Shown here piece by piece: positions 28,017-37,644 of a DNA stretch of 64,000 nt; the first letter of the stretch is position 1; the number at the start of each line of letters is the position of its first letter. The notes beneath the pieces are model-generated. The model saw only the letters and a list, made by a program, of their open reading frames with translations, made no database searches and was not told the DNA's origin. A program made the position numbers and the translations under genes. Source of the DNA: Gammaproteobacteria bacterium (lineage in GTDB: Bacteria > Pseudomonadota > Gammaproteobacteria > Ga0077536); assembly GCA_965278995.1 (NCBI GenBank), contig OZ257136.1, positions 2,874,497-2,938,496 of the forward strand, read 5' to 3'.

Positions 28017-28982
28017 CTAAACAAACTGCAGCATGACTTCAGCAAGGTGATGAAGCGCGTCGCCCATGACAACAATCTGAATCAGCAAAGCGACCGCAAG
28101 CACGCTCATTGCATGGCTGGTTTTCCAGCTTCGCCATTCCGGTCGTTGCAGGGCGCAGGTTCGCGCGCCAGCATTCAGTGCGTCGAATGTCGCCGAGCCA
28201 ACATTACCTTGAGCCAGCCGCCAACGCGTCATCGCCTCAATCGTAGACACAACCATCCCCACGTCCCCAGTTGCGCGCGAGACCGCATAGTCACACGACT
28301 GTTCGGCGGCAAGGTGCAGTTCGGCGAGCAAGCGCCCACGTCCTGCTGCTGGCCACGTGAGGCTCGCGGTGCTTGCCAGCAGGTTACGTAAATTGTCACC
28401 GCGATAGCAATGCGCGCGTTCATGTAACAGGATGACCTCAACCTGAGCGGGAGTGGCGTGTTCCAGTAACCCGCGCGACAGCAGGATGGTCGGCTTCAAC
28501 ACGCCGATACAGCAAGCGAGCAGGGTATCACTGTCGAGTACCCTGAACGATTTTCCCGTTACAGGTCGCGCCATCCACGTCAGCATGCTGGCGCTACGCG
28601 CACTGCGCCAGATCGCAGCGCTGGTGATTGCAATCGCGGCAAGCAGTAGTGTTGCAACTATCCATGGGATTGCATGCGCCACCGATTCGGAGACTTCCAA
28701 TATCGGCACGTGTCCGCCGCAGGCCTTGCCATGACAATGACTATCGACGATCAGCGTACTCAAGCCCGGCGCAAATACGATGAGCGTAATAACGACAGCA
28801 AGCGTCATTGGATACAGCGCGTAGCAGAACAGATAGAACGACCGTTGAGCAGGGACCAAAGGTCGCATTTTCCTCACGATCCAAGGCACCGCCAGCGCCG
28901 CCAAGCCGCTCAACAGGTACCACAAAGCGAAGAACGCCAGCACGGGTAGTACTACGGGTTCAGCGATCAGCGAGGCGTGCAT
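28017..28982 (-). CDS. BlaR1/MecR1-family M56 peptidase signal transducer (anti-repressor)
   Basis: It has multiple transmembrane helices and the zinc motif HERAHCYRGD (HExxH). Confidence 0.8.
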   Translation of the reverse strand: MHASLIAEPVVLPVLAFFALWYLLSGLAALAVPWIVRKMRPLVPAQRSFYLFCYALYPMTLAVVITLIVFAPGLSTLIVDSHCHGKACGGHVPILEVSESVAHAIPWIVATLLLAAIAITSAAIWRSARSASMLTWMARPVTGKSFRVLDSDTLLACCIGVLKPTILLSRGLLEHATPAQVEVILLHERAHCYRGDNLRNLLASTASLTWPAAGRGRLLAELHLAAEQSCDYAVSRATGDVGMVVSTIEAMTRWRLAQGNVGSATFDALNAGARTCALQRPEWRSWKTSHAMSVLAVALLIQIVVMGDALHHLAEVMLQFV

Positions 28983-28983
28983 A

Positions 28984-29388
28984 TCATTTGACCTCGAGAT
29001 GCGCGCGCAGTGTGTCCAGCATGGCCCGCGCTTTATCGGGTTCGAGTTCGTCGACGAGATTCAGGAACCCGCTGAGCAGCGGCTCGATTCGCCCAGTCGC
29101 AAGGTCCTGCGAAAGATCGTTCATCAAGAGGGTAATTAACGCGGTCCGGTCGAGTTTCGTTACGTACTCAAATGCGCGCCTCTGCTTTTGTCGAGTGAGC
29201 AAATTCTTGCGCGTCAACCGTTCTAACGTCGATTGCACGGTGCTGAGCGTTATATCGCGCGGGTGCAGTGCGTCGAGTACCTCACGCGCAGTCAGTCGTT
29301 CATGGCGCCACGCCAGCTCCATTACCTCGATCTCGAGTTGTCCAAGGCGCGGCGCCCGACTCCGCCGTCGCATCCCTATGAAGTTCAT
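28984..29388 (-). CDS. BlaI/MecI/CopY-family transcriptional repressor
   Basis: It has a winged-helix N-terminus (LGQLEIEVMELAWRHERLTAREVLDAL) and is coupled to the downstream BlaR1-like gene. Confidence 0.8.
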   Translation of the reverse strand: MNFIGMRRRSRAPRLGQLEIEVMELAWRHERLTAREVLDALHPRDITLSTVQSTLERLTRKNLLTRQKQRRAFEYVTKLDRTALITLLMNDLSQDLATGRIEPLLSGFLNLVDELEPDKARAMLDTLRAHLEVK

Positions 29389-29526
29389 GAATTACCGTCT
29401 CGTTACAGTGGCGTTCAAAGTTCGAGGATTAATCGGTTTTCAGGAACGATGCTAAAACAGCACTGTTACAGCAATTACCGCAAGGACCCTGCATGCCTAT
29501 CGCCAACATCATTCGACCGTGTCGCC

Positions 29527-31653
29527 GCATTGCAGTCGCAACTCATGACTAAGGTACGGAAAATCCCGATGCCTGGTACCCAGCATAGAATACATCTGTA
29601 TTTGCAGACTATCCTCTTTGCAGCCGCGTCACCATTGGCGCTGGCCCACGATGCGAGCGATGACGAGATCGTCGTGACCGGGCGCGCGCAGGCTCTGACC
29701 GGCATCGCGAGCAGTGCGGCACAAGGCCTCATCGGTGCGCGCGATCTGGCATCGCGTCCTATCCTGCGCTCGGGCGAGTTGCTTGAAGTGGTGCCCGGTG
29801 CGGCAGTGACTCAACACTCCGGCACCGGCAAGGCAAATCAATATTTTTTGCGCGGCTTCAATCTCGACCATGGTACCGATTTCGCCGGCTTTCTCGATGG
29901 CGTGCCGCTCAACATGCCGACGCATGGCCATGGCCAGGGTTATCTCGATCTGAATCCCATCATTCCCGAGCTGGTCGACGGTATCGCCTATGGCAAAGGA
30001 CCCTACTACGCGGATGTCGGCGATTTCTCCTCGGCCGGTTATGCGCGCTACAGCCTCGCCACACATCTGCATGATCGGCTGCTCGAAGTCGGCGTCGGCG
30101 AGGACGGCTACTATCGCGGAGTCACGGCAGGTTCCAACGCCGTCGCTGCCGGCGAAGTACTGTACGGCTTCGAAGCACAACATTATGACGGGCCGTGGAC
30201 GAAGGAAGAAAATGCGCACAAGCTGAACGGGCTGCTCAAATACGCTCAGGCGTTCGAGGGGCACCTGCTCGACTTGACTCTGATGGCCTACGACGCCAAC
30301 TGGGACGCCACGGATCAGGTGCCCTCGCGCGCGATAGCCGATAAGCGGATTTCCCGTCTCGGCAACATCGACCCGACTCTGGGCGGCAGCAGCACGCGGT
30401 ACAGCGCGAACCTGAGTCTGGCCGGCGGCGACGACGTGCTCGGTTACAAGGCCAATGCCTACGCCGTGTATAGCGACTTCAGCCTGTTCTCGAACTTCAC
30501 GTATTTTCTCGATGATCCGATCAACGGCGATCAGATCACGCAGGCCGATCGGCGCTGGATCACCGGTCTCAATACGGCCTGGACCGGCAGTCACGACATC
30601 CTCGGACTGGCCTCGCGGACAACACTCGGTGCGCAGCTTCGCCACGACCGTATCCTCGATGTCGCGCTGGGTCGGAGCCAGGACCGCCGATTGCTCTCGA
30701 CCGTACGCGACGATCAGGCATCTGAGACCGGCCTCGGCTTTTATCTCTCGAACGAGACCCACCTGACCGATTGGCTGCGCAGCATCGTCGGCCTGCGCGG
30801 CGACCACTACTGGTTCGATGTCACCAGCAGCGCCGCGCAGAATTCAGGCACGGCGACCGACACGCTGGTCAGCCCGAAAGTCAGCGTGGTGCTTGGGCCC
30901 TGGGCCGCCAATGAATTTTATCTCAACTTCGGCCGCGGCTTTCACAGCAACGATGCGCGCGGCACGGTCACGCGCGTCGATCCCGTGACCGGCGATCCGG
31001 CATTACCGGTCTCGCCGCTGGTCCGTTCCGATGGTGCCGAGATCGGCTGGCGCTCGACCGCCATCGCCGGTCTGCAGACGACAGTCGGCGTGTGGTATCT
31101 CGAACTCGATTCGGAGCTTCTGTTCGTCGGTGATGCCGGCAGTACCGAACCTTCGGGTTCGTCGCGCCGCTACGGTGTGGAGTGGAGCAATTTCTATCGC
31201 GCGACCGACTGGCTGACGCTCGATCTGGACGTTGCCTTGACGCAGTCGAAATACCGCAAGGTCGAGGAACACGAAATCCCGAATTCGGTTGGTCGCGTGA
31301 TCACCGCGGGTGCCGTGGTCGATTGGCCGCTGGGATTCTTCGGCTCATTGCGCCTGCGCCATTTCGGCGACAGCCCGCTGATCGAAGACAGTCGCGCCCA
31401 CGCCGAACCGACGACCGTGGTCAATTTACGCGGCGGTTGGCATTGGACGCGGCAGATGGATATCGCGCTCGAAGTGTTCAACCTCTTCGATTCGCACGAT
31501 GCCGATATCAGCTATTTCTTTGCGTCCTGTCTACCGAGCGATCCGGCCGCACAATGTGGCGCCGGCCTGCCGGAACGCGAGGGCGTGGAAGATCTTCACC
31601 TGCATCCCGTCGAACCACGAACTATCCGCGCGACCTTGAGCCTGCGCTTCTGA
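29527..31653 (+). CDS. TonB-dependent outer-membrane receptor
   Basis: It has a signal peptide, a plug domain (DEIVVTGRAQ), barrel motifs and a C-terminal aromatic residue. The start is set at MTKVRKIPMPG. Confidence 0.85.
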   Translation, partial: ALQSQLMTKVRKIPMPGTQHRIHLYLQTILFAAASPLALAHDASDDEIVVTGRAQALTGIASSAAQGLIGARDLASRPILRSGELLEVVPGAAVTQHSGTGKANQYFLRGFNLDHGTDFAGFLDGVPLNMPTHGHGQGYLDLNPIIPELVDGIAYGKGPYYADVGDFSSAGYARYSLATHLHDRLLEVGVGEDGYYRGVTAGSNAVAAGEVLYGFEAQHYDGPWTKEENAHKLNGLLKYAQAFEGHLLDLTLMAYDANWDATDQVPSRAIADKRISRLGNIDPTLGGSSTRYSANLSLAGGDDVLGYKANAYAVYSDFSLFSNFTYFLDDPINGDQITQADRRWITGLNTAWTGSHDILGLASRTTLGAQLRHDRILDVALGRSQDRRLLSTVRDDQASETGLGFYLSNETHLTDWLRSIVGLRGDHYWFDVTSSAAQNSGTATDTLVSPKVSVVLGPWAANEFYLNFGRGFHSNDARGTVTRVDPVTGDPALPVSPLVRSDGAEIGWRSTAIAGLQTTVGVWYLELDSELLFVGDAGSTEPSGSSRRYGVEWSNFYRATDWLTLDLDVALTQSKYRKVEEHEIPNSVGRVITAGAVVDWPLGFFGSLRLRHFGDSPLIEDSRAHAEPTTVVNLRGGWHWTRQMDIALEVFNLFDSHDADISYFFASCLPSDPAAQCGAGLPEREGVEDLHLHPVEPRTIRATLSLRF

Positions 31654-32299
31654 ACGGGCACTGACACAGCGCAGCGAATCCAGTCAGCAACAGGAACCAG
31701 CCACCGGGCACGGGCACGCTCGAAACCGCTTCGTCGACGACAATGTTGTCGAACTGAAGGGCCGCCGACCAGTTCGGCTGAAAGACATCGAGATTGAGTG
31801 CCTGAAAACTGAACGACAACAGACCGACGCGATCAAAGAGCAGGGTTTCCAGCCCCGGCGCACCGTCGGTCAGGGTGACAATCTGCTGCGTTGAACCGCC
31901 GCCGGTGTTGAACGTGAATCGATAACTTGGAAAGATGGGATAACTGAGCCCCTGGTAGTACACCGGTGTGCTGTTCAACACATCAGCTGCATCGAGGCTG
32001 TTCAAGGTGAACGTTCCACCGCCGACTTTGGCAACCGTCGTAATCGCCCCGTTCAATCCCTGTGCGAGCGTATTGTTGCCGGGACCGCCGGCGTTTTCCG
32101 GGTTGTCGTTGGCCCAGATGATATAGAAGCTGCCGGGCTGACCGACGTCAGTGAAGGTGAATCCGCCGTAAGTGAATGGTGACGGACGACTGCCGGTAAA
32201 CGCTGGCAGATGCGGCAGATTTTCGAAATCGATGACGCTCGCGTTAACAGGCGTCACCGCGCAGATTCCGAGTAGCGCCACGAGAGTTGTCAGTCGCAT
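31622..32299 (-). CDS. Secreted PEP-CTERM-like (VPVP variant) protein
   Basis: There is a signal peptide MRLTTLVALLGICAVTPVNA. The C-terminus is SSVPVPGGWFLLLTGFAALCQCPFRSAGSRSRG. Confidence 0.6.
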   Translation of the reverse strand: MRLTTLVALLGICAVTPVNASVIDFENLPHLPAFTGSRPSPFTYGGFTFTDVGQPGSFYIIWANDNPENAGGPGNNTLAQGLNGAITTVAKVGGGTFTLNSLDAADVLNSTPVYYQGLSYPIFPSYRFTFNTGGGSTQQIVTLTDGAPGLETLLFDRVGLLSFSFQALNLDVFQPNWSAALQFDNIVVDEAVSSVPVPGGWFLLLTGFAALCQCPFRSAGSRSRG

Positions 32300-32485
32300 A
32301 TCGTGCACCTGCTGGTTTTCGGATGACCCGAATCGGCACGAACAGTGTAGAGCGCCTGATACAACAGCGCCTACGCCCGAATTGAAAAGTTTTGTGACCA
32401 GCTCGTCCGACGAGTCACTGTTCCGGGTCGCCCTGCAGTGCCCAGGTTGCGGTGTGAGAGCCGCGCTTCGCGACCTTGAAAATAT

Positions 32486-33079
32486 TCAACCTCCGCTCAT
32501 AGCCAACCGATGACTCAGGTGTGCACTGACGGCCGGCCATTCTGACGCGATGATCGAGTACACACAGGTGTCGCGCAAGGTGCCGTTGGCATAGCGCTGG
32601 TGGCTGCGCAATATGCCATCGAGTTTGGCGCCGAGACGTTCGATGGCCCGCCGGCTCTGATGATTGAAAAACGACGTGCGGAATTCGACGGCGATGCACT
32701 CGAGACGCTCGAATGCATCCCGCAGCAACATCCATTTGCATTCCGTATTGAGCGGCGTGCGCTGCACAGCGCCGCGCAGCCAGGTCGATCCGATCTCGAC
32801 GCGCTTATGGTCGGAGTCGATGTTCATATAGGTCGTCATGCCGGCACACCGGCCACCGGCATCGAACACTGTGAACGGCAGCATCCGCCCCTGCGCCTGG
32901 AGGTCCAATCGGCGCGCAATCTCCTGGCTCATCCGCTCCGGCGCCGGCACGCTCGTATACCACAATCGCCACAGCTCGCCGTCTCTCACAGCGTCGATGA
33001 GCCCATCGAGGTGATCGTGAGACAGCGGCTCGAGCCGCGCATGGGTACCACGCAGGTTGATAGATTCAGGCCACGGCAT
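32486..33079 (-). CDS. GNAT-family N-acetyltransferase (RimJ/RimL-like)
   Basis: It has an acetyltransferase fold, with the CoA-binding region around RRAIERLGA. Confidence 0.6.
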   Translation of the reverse strand: MPWPESINLRGTHARLEPLSHDHLDGLIDAVRDGELWRLWYTSVPAPERMSQEIARRLDLQAQGRMLPFTVFDAGGRCAGMTTYMNIDSDHKRVEIGSTWLRGAVQRTPLNTECKWMLLRDAFERLECIAVEFRTSFFNHQSRRAIERLGAKLDGILRSHQRYANGTLRDTCVYSIIASEWPAVSAHLSHRLAMSGG

Positions 33080-33142
33080 ATGGGCGCCTCCCATACTGGC
33101 GCCGAACAATGGCACCACGACCAAACCCAGCAGAAAAATAAT

Positions 33143-33991
33143 TCACTGCATCAACTTGGCATAGCTGTCGAGCAGCGGCAGCACCGTATCGGCTCCTTCG
33201 GACGGCAATGGCAGGATACCGCGCATGGCGCCTTTGTCAGCATGTGCCTTGATCATGTCAGGCTTTACTTCGCGCGCGTAGAACATGCCGAGCGTCAGCG
33301 TCTTCGGGTCGCGACCGATATCGGCGCAGGCTTTGTGGATCGCTTTCAGACCACCGTCGAGATCGTAGGCGCCGCCTATCGGCATCCAGCCATCGCAGAA
33401 TTCAGCGACGTGTTGTGCGGTTTTCGGTCCGGCTGCGCCACCCATCAGTATCGGCGGATGCGGTCGCTGTACCGGCTTCGGCCATGCCCAGCTTTTCTCG
33501 AGTTTGACGAATTCTCCATCGAAACTCGCCTCATCCTTGGTCCACAGTTCCTTCATGACAAGGATGTTCTCGCGCAGGATCTCACGGCGCTTGCTGTAGT
33601 CGAGACCGTGGTTGCGCATTTCCTCGACGCACCAGCCATAGCCGATCCCGAGTTCGAAACGACCGCCTGAAATCATGTCAAGACTGGCAACTTCCTTGGC
33701 CAGCCACAGCGGGTCGCGCTGCGCAACCAGCGTAATGCCGGTGCCTAGACGCAGTTTCGTCGTCACCGCAGCACAGGCCGCGAAAGCGACGAACTGATCG
33801 TGCGAACGCCAGTACTGCTCCGGCAGCGGTGGCGCGCCAGCGCGACCACCCCACGGTGTTTCGCGACTTACTGGAATATGACTGTGCTCGGGAAACCACA
33901 GTGACTCGAATCCACGTGCCTCTACTTCCTTGGCGAGCTCGATGGGCTGGATGGATTTGTCGGTCGGAAAAATCATGACACCGATTTTCAT
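33143..33991 (-). CDS. LLM-class (luciferase-like) flavin/F420-dependent oxidoreductase
   Basis: The TIM-barrel motifs MKIGVMIFPTD and RFELGIGYGW are present. Confidence 0.75.
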   Translation of the reverse strand: MKIGVMIFPTDKSIQPIELAKEVEARGFESLWFPEHSHIPVSRETPWGGRAGAPPLPEQYWRSHDQFVAFAACAAVTTKLRLGTGITLVAQRDPLWLAKEVASLDMISGGRFELGIGYGWCVEEMRNHGLDYSKRREILRENILVMKELWTKDEASFDGEFVKLEKSWAWPKPVQRPHPPILMGGAAGPKTAQHVAEFCDGWMPIGGAYDLDGGLKAIHKACADIGRDPKTLTLGMFYAREVKPDMIKAHADKGAMRGILPLPSEGADTVLPLLDSYAKLMQ

Positions 33992-34075
33992 GGGTTCGCT
34001 CCTGGTTGCGTTCACGTACTTCTCTTCAGGCGAGAAGAGACTCGCCCGTTGCCGCGCCGGCTAGGACCCTGGTCC

Positions 34076-35647
34076 TTAGCGTTTCAAATCCGGCATGACC
34101 TGTTGCGCCAGCATGACTTCGATCAGTTGCGGCCCGCGGTTGGCCATCGCGGCGCCGAACTGGGATTGGAACTCGGCGACCGTCGTTGCGCGAGTCGCCG
34201 GCACATTCATGCCCTTGGCGATACTGCACCAGTCGATGACCGGATTCGAGAGATCGAGCATCGAGAGTGTCTTGGCATTCGGCTCACCGGCTTTCAGGCG
34301 CATCAACTCGACATTCAAAATCGCATAGCTGCTGTTGTTCAACAGCACCACGGTCACGTCAGTCTGTTCGCGCGCCATGCTCCACAGCGCCTGCACGGTA
34401 TACATCGCGCTGCCGTCGGCCTGGAAAGCGACGACTTTGCGCTCCGGGCAGGCGATGCTCGCGCCGAAACTGACCGGCAACCCCTGCCCGATGGAACCGC
34501 CCGTGATCGCGACCCAGTCGTGCGCTGGCGCGCCCTGCGTACGCAGGAAAAGTTCGAGACCGCAGGTGATCCCTTCGTCGGAAATGATGGCGTTTTCGGG
34601 CAGCAGGCTTGCGATGACATCGCCAATCACACCCGGCGTAAGTTCGTTGCCGGAGACCTGCGTTACTATCGGCAACTGTACTGTCGTTTCCGCTGTCGCC
34701 CGCAGGCGATCGGCGACTTCGCCGACAGCCGGCGCAATGTCGTCGTCGATACCGGCCAGTGTCAGCATCGCGCAACTCGGCGGGGCGAGCAGACTGGCGA
34801 CACCCGGATAGGCAAAGAACGCGACCGGCTGCTGCGCGCCGATCAAGATCATCTGTTCGAAATCTTTAAGGAATTCGATGGCCTGTTCGGCAAAGTACGG
34901 AATGCGTGCCAGCGGCACGCGTCCAGCGCCGCGTTCGACCCTGGCGGGGAACGTCTCGCAGAGCAACGTTGCACCGGTTGCACGGGCGATGCGCCCGGCG
35001 CTTTTCAACGCCGCACCGCGCAGCGCGCGTCCACCGAGCAGGATGGCGGTGCGCCGGCCATTGCTGAGCGCGCTGACGACCTGAGCGATTGTCTCCGGTG
35101 CGACGGCATCGAGGCCGATCGGCGTGAGTTTGTCGAAACTCTGATGGGCCGGCTCCCAGGCATGATTGGCCGGTACGATCAGGGTCGCAATCTTGCCGGC
35201 ACCACTGCGTGCCGCCTGCACCGCTTCGGCGCCGGCAGCAGCGAGATCTTCGGCCGATTCCGACGTTCTGATCCAGTTCGACTGCAGTCGCGCGTGACCG
35301 GGTACATCCGACGTCAACGGCGCATTGTACTGATGATGCCAGGTCGCATGATCGCCGACGATGTTGACAACAGCTGAATGCGCCTTGCTCGCGTTATGCA
35401 GGTTGGCCATGCCGTTGGCGTAGCCCGGGCCGAGATGCAGCAGGGTGATGGCCGGTTTGTCGCTCATGCGAGCGTAGCCATCGGCGGCTCCGGTGACGAC
35501 GCCTTCGAACAAGCACAGTATCGGGCGCACTGTGGCGCTCTTGCCGATGGCCGTGACAAGGTGCATTTCGGACGTACCGGGGTTCGCGAAGCAGACTTCG
35601 ATGCCGGCCTCGACCAGCGTATCGAGCAGGGTATGCGCACCGTTCAT
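34076..35647 (-). CDS. Thiamine-diphosphate-dependent enzyme (acetolactate synthase / benzoylformate decarboxylase family)
   Basis: It has an N-terminal pyrimidine-binding domain and a C-terminal GDGS-type motif (FQADGSAMYTVQALW). Confidence 0.85.
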   Translation of the reverse strand: MNGAHTLLDTLVEAGIEVCFANPGTSEMHLVTAIGKSATVRPILCLFEGVVTGAADGYARMSDKPAITLLHLGPGYANGMANLHNASKAHSAVVNIVGDHATWHHQYNAPLTSDVPGHARLQSNWIRTSESAEDLAAAGAEAVQAARSGAGKIATLIVPANHAWEPAHQSFDKLTPIGLDAVAPETIAQVVSALSNGRRTAILLGGRALRGAALKSAGRIARATGATLLCETFPARVERGAGRVPLARIPYFAEQAIEFLKDFEQMILIGAQQPVAFFAYPGVASLLAPPSCAMLTLAGIDDDIAPAVGEVADRLRATAETTVQLPIVTQVSGNELTPGVIGDVIASLLPENAIISDEGITCGLELFLRTQGAPAHDWVAITGGSIGQGLPVSFGASIACPERKVVAFQADGSAMYTVQALWSMAREQTDVTVVLLNNSSYAILNVELMRLKAGEPNAKTLSMLDLSNPVIDWCSIAKGMNVPATRATTVAEFQSQFGAAMANRGPQLIEVMLAQQVMPDLKR

Positions 35648-35658
35648 ATCATTCCTTC

Positions 35659-37644
35659 TCAGCCGCGCAGCTTCTGCGTTGCCACCTCGTCGACAATCAG
35701 GCCCTCGGGATCGAATACCGGATCACCGCTGATGACCACGCCATAGACGTCGCGCGCCGCCGCGAGACTCACGTAACCATCGCGTACGTCCGACACCACG
35801 CGCTCCACCGGTCGCAGCAGCGGGTCGCCCCAGCCACCACCGCCATTGGTGATATAGCGCGAAGTCGCTCCGGCCTGCGTCTTCCATACGGCTTGGCGCG
35901 CAAAGTAGAAATACTCACCGGCGTCGTCGACTGCCAGGGTGGCCGGATCAAGTACGCCGGCTATCGGCGTCGAGCGCGCGTAGACGCTGTCGTCCAGCCC
36001 CAGCAGCGCGTCGGCGCCGCGGACGGCCTCGCCCGAAGGTTCGAACAACCAGGCTGCGCCGGTGCGGCCAGTCTTCCCGCCGTAGACGCCATTACCGGTT
36101 GCCTGCTTGACCCGCAGCAACATGCTGTAGTGTTCGGCGTCGGTTCGCCAGTAGGCATCCTTGATTACGCCCGCGCCGCCGCGATGCAGGCCGGCGCCAC
36201 CGGAATCGATGGCGTATTCCTTGCGCATCATCAGTACCGGCGAATCCTGTTCCATGGCCTCGGTTGCCGGGTCGAGACCGTTGACCATGTAAGTAACGGT
36301 ATAACTGTCGCCGTCGCGTCGCTTGTCGGCGCCCCACGGCCCATGTTCGCCACCGACGGTTGCCACGTTCGCCCAGGCCGATCCATCTGCGCGCCGACCA
36401 TGCGCGTTGTGCACGGCAAGCGAGCCGAAATCGCCGCCGAAAGCGTCTTCGCCGAGCGCACGCCCGAGTTCGCGCAGCATCGCCGAGAGCAGCGTCTGCG
36501 TCGCTTCCCAATACAGCATGATCGCGCCATCCGGCGGCATCGCACTCAAAATGGTGCCAGGCGGTACAACGATATCGATATCGCGGTAAGAGCCAGAACT
36601 GAATGGCGTCTCACGATCGAGCATCAGCTTGAAAGCGGCCCCGATGGCGGTCTTGGCATCCAGCGGTCCTGCGTTGATACAGGTCCGCGCCTGGCGCGAG
36701 GAGCCACTCAGATCGACTTCGACGCGGCTGCCAGCCTTGGTGATGGTGGCGCGCACGACGATGTCTTCATCGTCGCCGATACCGTCGGCGTCGAGTCTGT
36801 CCTCGGCGTGATAGATCCCGTCCGGCAGTCGGGTCAGCGCATCTCGCATCGCTTCGGCCGATACGTCGCAGCAGTAGCGCACCGTGCCGCGAAACGCGGC
36901 TTCCCCATAGCGTTCGATGCTCTCGAGCAGCAAGCGCTCACCGAGCTGAAGCTGCTGGAACATGGTCATGAAATCAGGCTGCAGGACCGACGCGAATCGC
37001 GTGTTGTCGAAGACCAGGCTGAACGTCGACCGGACCGGCTTGTTGTGCTCGAACAGCAGCATCGGCCCGAGCACCAGGCCATTCTCGTAGACATTGGCCT
37101 TGGTGCCGCTGAAACCACCGGGGGCGATGCCACCCATGTCGAGCTGATGTGCACGCACGTTGACGAACGCTATCGGCCGACCATCAAAAAATACCGGGCG
37201 GATGAAACAGACATCGTTGACGTGCGTACCGACCCGATAAGGGTCGTTGCACATCAGGACATCACCCGGCTTCAGGTTCTCGACGCCATATTCCTCGATA
37301 GTGTTGCGAACGGCGTCTTCCATGGTGCCGAGAAAAACGACCAGCGAACTGCTGACCGCGGGCATTGGATAGCCCATATCGGCCGGCCCCGACACCGTGA
37401 TCGCGAAATCGTACCAATCGCGGATGATTGGCGAGAATGCGCTGAACATGAGACCGGTGCTCATGTGGTCGACGGTGTAACGCAGGCGATTGCTGAACAC
37501 CATGGCGGTGAATCGATCGCAGTTGTAGATCGCGCGGAACTGATCTTCAGTCCAGTCGCGCAATCGCGCCGGGCCGCCAGTCGGGGTTTCGCTGAGACGT
37601 TCGGCTGATGTCGTCATGGCTGATCTCGTCGTTTGGGCCGACAA
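35659..37644 (-). CDS. Hydantoinase B / oxoprolinase family protein (acetone-carboxylase alpha-like)
   Basis: It shows a PF02538-type sequence throughout. Its start abuts the stop of the upstream hydantoinase A gene. Confidence 0.85.
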   Translation of the reverse strand: MSAQTTRSAMTTSAERLSETPTGGPARLRDWTEDQFRAIYNCDRFTAMVFSNRLRYTVDHMSTGLMFSAFSPIIRDWYDFAITVSGPADMGYPMPAVSSSLVVFLGTMEDAVRNTIEEYGVENLKPGDVLMCNDPYRVGTHVNDVCFIRPVFFDGRPIAFVNVRAHQLDMGGIAPGGFSGTKANVYENGLVLGPMLLFEHNKPVRSTFSLVFDNTRFASVLQPDFMTMFQQLQLGERLLLESIERYGEAAFRGTVRYCCDVSAEAMRDALTRLPDGIYHAEDRLDADGIGDDEDIVVRATITKAGSRVEVDLSGSSRQARTCINAGPLDAKTAIGAAFKLMLDRETPFSSGSYRDIDIVVPPGTILSAMPPDGAIMLYWEATQTLLSAMLRELGRALGEDAFGGDFGSLAVHNAHGRRADGSAWANVATVGGEHGPWGADKRRDGDSYTVTYMVNGLDPATEAMEQDSPVLMMRKEYAIDSGGAGLHRGGAGVIKDAYWRTDAEHYSMLLRVKQATGNGVYGGKTGRTGAAWLFEPSGEAVRGADALLGLDDSVYARSTPIAGVLDPATLAVDDAGEYFYFARQAVWKTQAGATSRYITNGGGGWGDPLLRPVERVVSDVRDGYVSLAAARDVYGVVISGDPVFDPEGLIVDEVATQKLRG

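Noticed and set aside
29389-29526. TTACAG and ATTACCG elements as a BlaI operator.
   Set aside because: It is kept only as a low-confidence note within a finding. The arrangement is mirror-like rather than a clean dyad, so no operator feature was called.
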